NCBI GenBank assembly: GCA_000433755.1
Contig: FR891269.1
Coordinates: 1 to 61,285 of the forward strand
Direction: 5' to 3'
Length of the DNA: 61,285 bases
Source: Clostridium sp. CAG:465
GTDB taxonomy: Bacteria > Bacillota > Clostridia > TANB77 > CAG-465
The notes under the pieces are model-generated. The model ran no database searches. It was not told the origin of the DNA and saw only the letters and a list, made by a program, of their open reading frames with translations. Shown piece after piece: positions 1 through 8,123 of this stretch (position 1 is the stretch's first letter; each line of letters starts with the position of its first letter). A program made the translations under genes and the position numbers.

Positions 1-809
1 TTTTGCTTACTGGTATTCCTTTTACATTTGAAGTACTACTTGATGTGCCATTTATAGTGGTTTGACTTTCAGGTACTCCTGCTTCATATCTTCCTATATA
101 GAAGCCTCCATATTTTACTATATCTGCTGTTTCATCTGTAATACCATTTGGTAAAGTATCCTCACCTGTTGGTGCATTATCAGGAAAACTTGTATCTTTT
201 ATATATGTACTCTCAGTTACAGGCACCCATACAAATTCATTACCTTTTTTATCTTGTATTACGAACCCTGTATCTTTTCTTCCCTCTTTATACGTAAATC
301 CTTTTGGTACTGGTACTCCTTCTACTTCTTCTGCTATTTTTTCTTTCCATTCAGATCTAACACTTTCACTTTTCTTTGTTTCTCCATCTGTTACCTCTGA
401 AAACCATTTATACTCTGTATTATCCTCAGTTTCTCCTACCCATACTAATTTTCCTTTTATTATTGATACTTTTTCTTTATATTTCTTAGTACTTGGTAAC
501 TCTGTTACCATACTATCTCCTGATAGATTAACACTTGATTTATCAAAACTTGTTGGATTATCTGTATATTTTTTTGATAGATACATTGATAATTCATCCT
601 GTATACTAGTCACATCTTTCCTAAATGTAGCTTCTTTTGCACTTGATACTGGGCTATTTTTACTTATTGTTAAAACAACTACTGCTGCAAGTATTATTAT
701 CACTATTATAGTTACAATTAATACTATTAAAGATATACCTCTTTTATGAGTTAGTTTTGTAAAATTATTTTTTTGCTTTTCTTTTTCTAATTTTTTCAAT
801 AATTATTTA
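1..809 (-). CDS. Partial secreted or membrane-anchored protein with a pilin-like N-terminus; the 3' end runs off the window edge
   Basis: This minus-strand frame is absent from the ORF track because it runs off the edge. My translation from TTG at 809 reads MKKLEKEKQKNNFTKLTHKRG/ISLIVLIVTIIVIIILAAVVVL, followed by a soluble domain (..GNEFVWVPV..GGFYIGRYEAG..). The basic leader ending in Gly plus a hydrophobic helix resembles a prepilin leader. However, position +5 is Val rather than Glu, and there is no clear SD, so the start is uncertain. Confidence 0.4.
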
Positions 810-866
810 CACGTTTTTATTTTTTTTAAATCGCCTTAAATATCATATTTAAGACGATTTAATTAT

Positions 867-1001
867 TTAAATATATTTTTTCTTCATTTTCTTTAATTGT
901 TTTTTACCTTGTTGAAACATTTCTATAATATTAGAACTATTCATTACACCAACAATAGTTCCTGCAATTATACCCATTATAGCTCCTTTAGCAAAATCCA
1001 T
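867..1001 (-). CDS. Small (44 aa) hydrophobic protein, below the ORF-track size cut-off
   Basis: My translation is MDFAKGAIMGIIAGTIVGVMNSSNIIEMFQQGKKQLKKMKKKYI*. A strong SD (GAAAGGAGTGATTTT-ATG) overlaps the stop of the upstream TauE-like gene. Confidence 0.4.
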   Translation of the reverse strand: MDFAKGAIMGIIAGTIVGVMNSSNIIEMFQQGKKQLKKMKKKYI

Positions 1002-1014
1002 AAAATCACTCCTT

Positions 1015-1401
1015 TCATTTTTTATTATTTTTAGTTTTATATATGTTTTTTAAACTAGAAAATATTTCATAAAAACCTATAATGACCATAAAAAGATAAA
1101 AACAATTTTTCAAAATTTTTTCATCTATAATTTTTAATAGAAAAATACCACAAATACTTCCAGCACACACTGGGATTATTAATTTTAAAAGATTTTTAAA
1201 ATCAATATTTTTATTTTTTATATTATAAATGGTAGTGGCAATACCAACTGCAATAAACATAATTAAATTATATCCTTGTGCTTGTTTATGTTCTAAAAGA
1301 TTAAATATAGTGGTAAGTAGTATAAAAATACTACCTCCTCCTATTCCCATTCCAGCAACTATTCCACTAACAATAGAAATTAAAATTAAAAATATACTCA
1401 T
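1015..1401 (-). CDS. Half-size TauE/SafE (DUF81) family membrane transporter subunit
   Basis: The protein is 128 aa and polytopic. It has a glycine-rich motif (GMGIGGGSIF) typical of TauE/SafE. It is adjacent to a second half-size paralogue. Confidence 0.7.
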   Translation of the reverse strand: MSIFLILISIVSGIVAGMGIGGGSIFILLTTIFNLLEHKQAQGYNLIMFIAVGIATTIYNIKNKNIDFKNLLKLIIPVCAGSICGIFLLKIIDEKILKNCFYLFMVIIGFYEIFSSLKNIYKTKNNKK

Positions 1402-1405
1402 TTAT

Positions 1406-1759
1406 TTATACTCCTCTTTCTTGAAAAAATTTAAAAACTGTAAGGCATACAAGCAAAATTCCTGAGATTAAATTTAAAATATTTGCTGGTATTTTTTTCA
1501 TTAATTTAGTTCCAATAATTCCTGTAATGCATGCAATTAACACTAAAATTATAGCTGTTTCAAGTTTAAAATTTAATGAATCCCTATATCCAAAAATTGC
1601 AAAAAAGCTTGATATTGAAAGTACAGCTACACTTAAAGCTCTTACCTTATGAGTTTCAATTTTTAAAAAATATATTAAATAAAATACCAATACCTGTCCA
1701 GATCCAGCCGCAAAAATACTATTCAAAATTCCAACGAAAAAACTTACTACATAAATCAT
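1406..1759 (-). CDS. Half-size TauE/SafE (DUF81) family membrane transporter subunit
   Basis: This is a polytopic protein with a FAAGSGQ motif. I place the start at the internal Met (MIYVVSFF...) rather than the track start at 1795. There is a 4-nt gap to the partner gene. Confidence 0.6.
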   Translation of the reverse strand: MIYVVSFFVGILNSIFAAGSGQVLVFYLIYFLKIETHKVRALSVAVLSISSFFAIFGYRDSLNFKLETAIILVLIACITGIIGTKLMKKIPANILNLISGILLVCLTVFKFFQERGV

Positions 1760-1819
1760 ACTTTTATTATTAGTAAAATAAAAAAAAACATGCAAGAAAT
1801 ATCTTACATGTTTAAACTC

Positions 1820-4800
1820 TTAATCTTCTTTATTTGTATTTTCTTCATTATTATATTTTGGCGTAAAATCTAACATTTCATCTTCTAAATCTTCAATTCT
1901 GACATTAGAATTATCATTGTTTAAATCCAAATCTGTAGAAGATTCCATATTTTCATCATTATTTTTTATAATTAAGTTTTCATCTATACTATTTGAATTA
2001 TCTAAATGTGCTTCATTTTCTTTAGTTATACTTTCTTCATTTTCTTCTTTATTTATATTAATATCTAAATCTTTTTCATTTAAACTTTTATCATCATTAT
2101 TTATTATATTTTCAGACGTTAAATTATTATTGACTTCACTTTTTTCTTGTGTATTACTTATATCATTTAAGTTGCCATTATTACCATTTGGATTATTAAA
2201 ATTATTTTGAATACCAGTAGGATTTCCATCATCTGTAGGTGTTGGACCCTCATTGTTGTTTTTATTTTTTATTATTTTGTAAAGGATATATGCTATAGTA
2301 CTTCCAGCTGTAACTATAATTACTATTAATACATCCGTGCTTAAAAATCCACCAGTAACAGGTAATTTTTTATGCTCATTTGATACTTTTTTTTCTACAG
2401 TTTCATTATTCTTTTTTATTTTTACATCATATGTTTTGTTATCAATGATATATTCATCTGGCACCTCAACTTCTTGATATATATATTCGCCAGTTGGTAA
2501 TGCTTTTGTTGTAGCTATACCATTTTCATCTGTAACTATAGCATCTACAATATCATTATTTGATTTATCAATTACATTAAATTTAGCATTTGCAATTGCA
2601 ACTTTACTATCTTTATCAAATTTTATAATTTTTATATTTCCATGAGATCTTTTATTTACGACTTTTACACTAGCTTCTAAATTTTTAGCATTAATCTCAA
2701 AATCATATTCATTAGTATCTAAAACATATTCATCTGGTACATCAATTTCTTTATATTTATAATTTCCTAGTTTTAAATTATCTAAAGTTGCTGTTCCTGT
2801 AGAGTCTGTTTTTATAGTTCCAACATTCTTATTTTCACTATCTAAAATTTGGAATTTTACTCCTTCTATTGGTGAATCATTTTCATCAACCTTAATAATC
2901 TTTATTTTTCCTCTTACTTGAATATTTTTAACTTTTTTTTCAAGCATTTCATTATTTTTCTTAATTTTGAATTCATATTTTTTGTTATCTAAAACGTATT
3001 CAGGTGGCACTTCTACTTCCTGATAAAAATATTCACCTGTTGGTAATGCTTTTGTTCTTGCAATACCATTTTCATCAGTAGTTATTGTATCAACAACTTT
3101 ATCACTTGATTTTTCTATTATATTAAACTTTACCTTTGAAACTGGCTGTTTAGTTTCCTTATCTAGTTTTATAATTTTTAAAATTCCTTTTGCTCTTTGA
3201 TTTACAACTTTTGCACTAGCTTTTCTTACATTAGAAGTAATTTCAAATTCATATTCTTTTTCATCTAAAACATATAAATATGGTGTATCTATTTCTTTAT
3301 ATTTATACTTACCTACAGTTAAATTTTGTACTGAAGCTGTACCGTTTGCATCAGTTGTAACAGTTGCAACAACCTTGTTATTTGAATCCAAAATTTGGAA
3401 CTTAACTCTTTCAATTGGTTTATCGTTTTCATCAACTTTAACTATATTAATAGTACCATAGATTTTTTTATCAACTATACTTTGCTCAACGACTTGATTT
3501 TGTGTTTCAATTTTAAAAGTATACTCTTTTGGATCCATATCGTATCCTTCAGGGGCCTTTACCTCTTTATACGTATATGTACCCTTACCTAAATCAGGTG
3601 AAGATGCTTTTCCATTTTTATCGGTAACTAATTTTGCAACTACTTTTTTATTTACATCATATATTTCAAATTCTGCTCCTTCAAGTGGCTTTTCTCCATC
3701 ATCGCCTATTTTTATTAATTGTAGTTTTCCTACAATCTTTTCATTTGTTATTGTTTCTCTTATAACACTATTTTTTTCTGTAATACTAAAGTTTCTTGTT
3801 TGGGTATCCATAATGTACCCATCTGGAACTGAAACTTCTTTATATGTATATGAACCTTTTCCTAATTCAGGACTAGTTGCAATACCGTTTTCATCACTAG
3901 TTATTTTAGCAACTACATTACTATTTGCATCATATATTTCAAATACTGCACCAGCAATTGGAGTCTTTACTTTTTTTTCTATTTTTGTTATTTGAAGAAC
4001 ACCTTTTACTTTAGTATTTTTTACTTCAACCTTAGTTGTTTGATTCCTTTTTACTGTTACATTATAGCTTGCTTTTTCTATAATATATCCATCTGGAACT
4101 GAGGTTTCAGTTAATGTATAATTTCCAAGTTCAAGTTTATTAAAATTTAAGTTACCATTTGCATCAGTTTTACCTGTAGCTACTTGTTTTCCAGTTGAAT
4201 CTAACAAACTAAATTCAGCTCCCTGAACAGGTTTTTTATCTTGATCTGATTTTACAACGGTTATATTTCCTTTACTTTCTTCCCAAGATGCTGTAGCACT
4301 ACCTGATACATCAACCTGTTCTGTATCTAAAAATACAAAATTTTGCCAACTTCCTTTTCCATATATTACTCCAACATATCTATTTGCTGATCCCTTTACT
4401 GTTAATTTTAGGCTACCAGCTGGTAATGATTTATTAACTAAGACATATATTTCTTCATCTCTGGAAAAAGTGTTTTTAGATATTCCGTTTCTATCAACAA
4501 TTGTTGTACCTTCAGGTTGTCCTGACAAACTTACTTCAATTTTATTTAATGAAGAATAACCTGTTACATTTACTCTATATGGTCCAATCTTTATTTGATT
4601 ATCACTATATTCATAGTTAACTTTTGAGCTTGATGAGTCAAGAGCAAAAGTTCCTGGATTATAACTTTTACTAAGTAATTGATTTGCAACTCTTTTTCCA
4701 TTTGTAACCATTTCATCAGTATACACGCTATATTTTAAATTTGGTTGTAATTTATTCATATCAAAGTATAATCCTTTAGTATCTGAAGTTCCATTTACAG

Positions 4801-5230
4801 CAGTCCACACTGCCATTTGTGTTGCAAGGTAAGCTTCTTCATCATTAGGAAGTCCTAACTGTGATGCAGATTTTGCAGGATATCCATTCATAAGAACAGC
4901 CACAACTTTATTTGATTTTACATTTCCAATATATTGAAGTCCTGTTCCATTTGGTGGATTCTTTACATCATGATCAATGCAATATGCAACATGACCACCC
5001 ATCCATGATATTGCATAATAACTATATGAGTTATGGTTATTATCAAAAGCATATGGATGTTGTATACCGTCTTTAAATGTATATACCAATGTTTCTCTTC
5101 CTGCTTTTAGGAAAAATGGATTTACATCTACAAGCATTATTACTGTAAGAATTGCAGTAATAATTATTTTTGCTTTAGTATTCCTTAATTTAGATAAGCC
5201 ACTTCCTACCTTTTTTAATATTTTTTTCAT
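1820..5230 (-). CDS. Cell-wall-anchored adhesin: signal peptide, thioester domain (TED), 7 CnaB/SpaA-type repeats, LPVTG, TM, and a long acidic C-terminal tail
   Basis: The TED signatures are YCIDHD (Cys) and TQMAVW (Gln). There are seven repeats of the form G(A/V)xFxIxD...TD.NG...L..G.Y.y.E...P.gY. LPVTG lies at 2351..2365, followed by a hydrophobic helix. The start is set at Met15 (5230), which has the SD GGAGGAATACGT-ATG. Confidence 0.85.
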   Translation of the reverse strand: MKKILKKVGSGLSKLRNTKAKIIITAILTVIMLVDVNPFFLKAGRETLVYTFKDGIQHPYAFDNNHNSYSYYAISWMGGHVAYCIDHDVKNPPNGTGLQYIGNVKSNKVVAVLMNGYPAKSASQLGLPNDEEAYLATQMAVWTAVNGTSDTKGLYFDMNKLQPNLKYSVYTDEMVTNGKRVANQLLSKSYNPGTFALDSSSSKVNYEYSDNQIKIGPYRVNVTGYSSLNKIEVSLSGQPEGTTIVDRNGISKNTFSRDEEIYVLVNKSLPAGSLKLTVKGSANRYVGVIYGKGSWQNFVFLDTEQVDVSGSATASWEESKGNITVVKSDQDKKPVQGAEFSLLDSTGKQVATGKTDANGNLNFNKLELGNYTLTETSVPDGYIIEKASYNVTVKRNQTTKVEVKNTKVKGVLQITKIEKKVKTPIAGAVFEIYDANSNVVAKITSDENGIATSPELGKGSYTYKEVSVPDGYIMDTQTRNFSITEKNSVIRETITNEKIVGKLQLIKIGDDGEKPLEGAEFEIYDVNKKVVAKLVTDKNGKASSPDLGKGTYTYKEVKAPEGYDMDPKEYTFKIETQNQVVEQSIVDKKIYGTINIVKVDENDKPIERVKFQILDSNNKVVATVTTDANGTASVQNLTVGKYKYKEIDTPYLYVLDEKEYEFEITSNVRKASAKVVNQRAKGILKIIKLDKETKQPVSKVKFNIIEKSSDKVVDTITTDENGIARTKALPTGEYFYQEVEVPPEYVLDNKKYEFKIKKNNEMLEKKVKNIQVRGKIKIIKVDENDSPIEGVKFQILDSENKNVGTIKTDSTGTATLDNLKLGNYKYKEIDVPDEYVLDTNEYDFEINAKNLEASVKVVNKRSHGNIKIIKFDKDSKVAIANAKFNVIDKSNNDIVDAIVTDENGIATTKALPTGEYIYQEVEVPDEYIIDNKTYDVKIKKNNETVEKKVSNEHKKLPVTGGFLSTDVLIVIIVTAGSTIAYILYKIIKNKNNNEGPTPTDDGNPTGIQNNFNNPNGNNGNLNDISNTQEKSEVNNNLTSENIINNDDKSLNEKDLDININKEENEESITKENEAHLDNSNSIDENLIIKNNDENMESSTDLDLNNDNSNVRIEDLEDEMLDFTPKYNNEENTNKED
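2366..3457 (-). repeat. Tandem duplication of a 546-nt, two-CnaB-domain unit inside the adhesin gene (2366..2911 and 2912..3457)
   Basis: Two consecutive 182-aa blocks align residue for residue: GTINIVKVDENDKPIERVKFQILD...KKVKNIQVR against GKIKIIKVDENDSPIEGVKFQILD...KKVSNEHKK. Confidence 0.8.
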
Positions 5231-5274
5231 ACGTATTCCTCCAAATATATCATCTATATATTTATGTTGCAATC

Positions 5275-5303
5275 ATTCTAGCATAAATAATTGCACTAGT
5301 CAA
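5275..5303 (-). promoter_or_regulatory. Sigma-A-type promoter for the large adhesin gene
   Basis: The minus strand reads TTGACT-17 nt-TAGAAT, with a TGC extended -10. Confidence 0.45.
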
Positions 5304-5482
5304 AGCATTATGTTATCTTCTTTTGCTATTTTACTTGCTTTTGTATATAACTTTGTCGGCTATTTTCGTGTTTTATTTGAAATATTACATTTTCATTAAA
5401 TCTATGACTTGTTTTTGTAAAATTTCCATACAAGTATTGATATTGCTGAGGAAATCGTTATTTTTACTTTTTTGCACAATAT

Positions 5483-5517
5483 AAAGGCATGTAAAATTTT
5501 ATAAAATACATGCCTTT
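5483..5517 (-). terminator. Intrinsic terminator downstream of hflX
   Basis: An 11-bp stem (AAAGGCATGTA/TACATGCCTTT) is followed by a U-rich tract on the minus strand. Confidence 0.55.
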
Positions 5518-5522
5518 ATTTA

Positions 5523-6788
5523 TTATTCTTCTATTATATAATTTTTATACTTTCCATAGTCTTTTTTATTTAAACATATCTCTATTAATGTTCCATCATT
5601 TGTGTACTGAGTAGATATAAAATCATACTTTTCCTTTAAATATGACACAATATCTCCCCTTTTAAAAGGAATTTGCATTTTACATGTTACATATTCTTTA
5701 AAAATATTATTTGAAATTACATTAATAAGCTCATTTATTCCAATATTGTTTTTTGCAGATATACATACTTTATTTCCATCAACATATGGTAATTTGCTAT
5801 CATTAACCTTATCGCATTTATTAAATACATAAATTACAGGAATATTATCTGCTCCAATTTCTTTTAATGTGCTATTTGTCACTCGGATATTTTCTTCATA
5901 ATCCTCGTCAGAAAAATCAACAACATGAAGTAACAAATCTGAATTTTTTACTTCATCTAATGTACTTCTAAATGCTTTTATAAGCATATGAGGAAGTTCA
6001 CGTATAAATCCAACTGTATCAGATAATAAAAACTCTTTTCCATCTTTAATTTTTATTTTTCGTATACTTGTTTCAAGTGTTGCAAATAGCATATCTTCTT
6101 CATATACTTTTTTAGATTCATCAGAAAGTGATAAATCCACAAGAGCATTTAGTAATGTAGATTTGCCAGCATTTGTATATCCAACAAGAGAAACTAAAGG
6201 AATCTGGGAGTCGCTTCTTTTTCTTCTTTGTATGTTTCTTCTTGTTTCAATTTCTGAAAGCTCTTTATTTAATTTGCTAATTCTATCTTCTATTATTCTT
6301 CTATCTAATTCAATCTGTTTTTCTCCACTACCTTTATTGCTAAATCCGCTTCCACCGCCTTGTCTTCCAAGAGACAAATGAAGTCCTGAAAGTCTTGGAA
6401 GCATATATCTAAGTTTTGCAATCTCAACTTGCATTTTAGCTTCATTAGTCTTAGCTCTTAGTGCAAATATATTCAGTATTATTGATGTTCTATCTAAAAT
6501 TTGAATATCTAATTTTAATTCTAAATTCTTTAGTTGAGAAGGAGAAAGCTCATTGTTAAAAACTACTAAGTCAGGATGTAATTCGTTAATTTTATCTTTT
6601 ATTTCTTCCAATTTTCCACTTCCAACATAAAAAGCAGAATTAATTTCTTTTAAATTTTGCACAATGCTTCCTATTGGTAGCATTTGACATGCTTTTACAA
6701 GTTCTTCTAATTCACTCATTGATTTAAAAAAATAAAATTCATCATTTAAATTTACTCCTACAAGTAAAACTTTTTGTTTTTCTTCCAT
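5523..6788 (-). CDS. hflX: GTPase HflX
   Basis: The N-terminal HflX domain carries GGGSGFSNKGSGEKQIELDRR. The G1 motif is GYTNAGKSTLLN and the G3 motif is DTVGF. Confidence 0.9.
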   Translation of the reverse strand: MEEKQKVLLVGVNLNDEFYFFKSMSELEELVKACQMLPIGSIVQNLKEINSAFYVGSGKLEEIKDKINELHPDLVVFNNELSPSQLKNLELKLDIQILDRTSIILNIFALRAKTNEAKMQVEIAKLRYMLPRLSGLHLSLGRQGGGSGFSNKGSGEKQIELDRRIIEDRISKLNKELSEIETRRNIQRRKRSDSQIPLVSLVGYTNAGKSTLLNALVDLSLSDESKKVYEEDMLFATLETSIRKIKIKDGKEFLLSDTVGFIRELPHMLIKAFRSTLDEVKNSDLLLHVVDFSDEDYEENIRVTNSTLKEIGADNIPVIYVFNKCDKVNDSKLPYVDGNKVCISAKNNIGINELINVISNNIFKEYVTCKMQIPFKRGDIVSYLKEKYDFISTQYTNDGTLIEICLNKKDYGKYKNYIIEE

Positions 6789-6882
6789 AAAAAATACCTC
6801 TATATATAAATTTTACATTATATATAGAAGTATACCATACTTTTAAACTTTTGAATATATTTTATATATTATTTATTAAAAT

Positions 6883-7086
6883 TTAATGTATAATTTCTTG
6901 TACTCTTCCAACTTGACCATCTTCAAGTCTAACCTTAATACCTCTTGGATGAACAGCACTATTAGTCAAAATATCTTTTACAATACCTTCTGTTAAAACA
7001 CCTGTAGGTTGATCTTTTTTTAGTACAATTTTTACTTTTATTCCAGGCTTTATATTACTTCTAATTTGATTTTCCAAAACTATCAC
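6883..7086 (-). CDS. ywbE: YwbE family small protein (DUF2196)
   Basis: The 67-aa sequence ...IKPGIKVKIVLKKDQPTGVLTEGIVKDILTNSAVHPRGIKVRLEDGQVGRVQEI closely matches my recollection of B. subtilis YwbE. Confidence 0.7.
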   Translation of the reverse strand: MIVLENQIRSNIKPGIKVKIVLKKDQPTGVLTEGIVKDILTNSAVHPRGIKVRLEDGQVGRVQEIIH

Positions 7087-7128
7087 CTAGATTATTATAA
7101 CATATAAATATAATATTTAATATATTTT

Positions 7129-7971
7129 TTAAATATAATTACTTTTTTTATCTAATTTAATTCTTAAATTTTGAATTATATCGTTACTATTTATAATTTT
7201 AGTGCAACAAAAATACTCATGTTCTTTCATATAACAATCTTTATATGATATTCTAAATATTCTTTCATCTTTTTTATTATATAAATAACTTTTTACTAAA
7301 TAAAATTTAGTTATCTTATTACTCGTAAAGCCACAATCAAATTTTTTATATACATCCCTTGAAAATTCATTTATTCTTAATGTATCATCAAAATATGTAA
7401 GTTCTATAAATAAAGACTCATTAACTTTTAAATTACAATTATACGCCTTAAAAGGAAAATAACTTTCCGGAAACTGTTCTATCCTTAAATCATATGCATC
7501 ACTTTTTCCCACATTTGTAAGTTTTATTCCCCATTTAGAATTATCCATATATGCTTCATATGCTTTTAATTTTCTTAAAAATTCATTGTTATATTCAAAA
7601 CATTTTAATAGTTTTTCAATTTCCTCTTTTCTAAAGAAGTTAGAACTATTATTATCAAATTTTTTTCTATATTCTTTAACAATATTTTCTAATAATTTAG
7701 TCGTAAGAATTGTATCAGTATATCCATTATATATTAAAAACTCTTTTAATTCATTATCAAGATCTCTTTGCTTTTTATAATAGCCTTTTAACTTTATTGT
7801 TTTTTTATTATATATTTTTTCATGTGTATTTATACCATGTTCAGTATGTACAAGTAATATCCTAGGTATTTCTTTTTTCTTATCAAAATGTTTGGTTATA
7901 CAAAAGGTAATTACTGCAATTAAAATTGGCAGAAAAAAACTATTGGCTATATAATATATAAAATCAATCAT
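7129..7971 (-). CDS. Hypothetical protein of 280 aa with an N-terminal TM helix and a Lys/Tyr/Cys-rich domain; no family recognised
   Basis: The long ORF has the SD AGGAG 5 nt upstream of the ATG and its own consensus promoter. The N-terminus reads FIYYIANSFFLPILIAVITFCI followed by KHFDKKK. Confidence 0.6.
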   Translation of the reverse strand: MIDFIYYIANSFFLPILIAVITFCITKHFDKKKEIPRILLVHTEHGINTHEKIYNKKTIKLKGYYKKQRDLDNELKEFLIYNGYTDTILTTKLLENIVKEYRKKFDNNSSNFFRKEEIEKLLKCFEYNNEFLRKLKAYEAYMDNSKWGIKLTNVGKSDAYDLRIEQFPESYFPFKAYNCNLKVNESLFIELTYFDDTLRINEFSRDVYKKFDCGFTSNKITKFYLVKSYLYNKKDERIFRISYKDCYMKEHEYFCCTKIINSNDIIQNLRIKLDKKSNYI

Positions 7972-8046
7972 GACAACTCCTATACACTCAATTTATATAT
8001 AATTTCCAAATTTTTAATATCTATATACTATACAAAGTGCATTAAA

Positions 8047-8075
8047 ATTATACATTTTATTTATTTTTTTGTCAA
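8047..8075 (-). promoter_or_regulatory. Perfect consensus sigma-A promoter for the 280-aa orphan gene
   Basis: The minus strand reads TTGACA-17 nt-TATAAT exactly. Confidence 0.55.
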
Positions 8076-8123
8076 TAATTGTCGAATATTAAATTTACAC
8101 TTTTACCAAATTATTCCATATGT

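Noticed and set aside
2366-4300. I considered whether the periodic DNA repeats in the adhesin gene are a CRISPR-like or satellite array.
   Set aside because: The periodicity corresponds to in-frame CnaB-type protein domains of about 85-90 aa each. There are no short direct repeats with unique spacers.
6789-6882. I considered whether an AT-rich hairpin overlapping the hflX SD is a riboswitch or RNA thermometer.
   Set aside because: The stem is an imperfect TATATA-type palindrome with a bulge. It is equally explained as the ywbE terminator, and no conserved ligand-binding architecture is visible.
7972-8123. I considered whether the LPKTGF-stop protein and the downstream 280-aa ORF are two halves of one disrupted adhesin gene. 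The 280-aa ORF starts with a TM helix plus KHFDKKK, which resembles a sorting-signal helix and tail.
   Set aside because: The 152-nt spacer has stops in all frames. It also carries a perfect TTGACA-N17-TATAAT promoter and an SD for the downstream ORF. The downstream gene therefore looks like an independent transcription unit rather than a frameshifted continuation.
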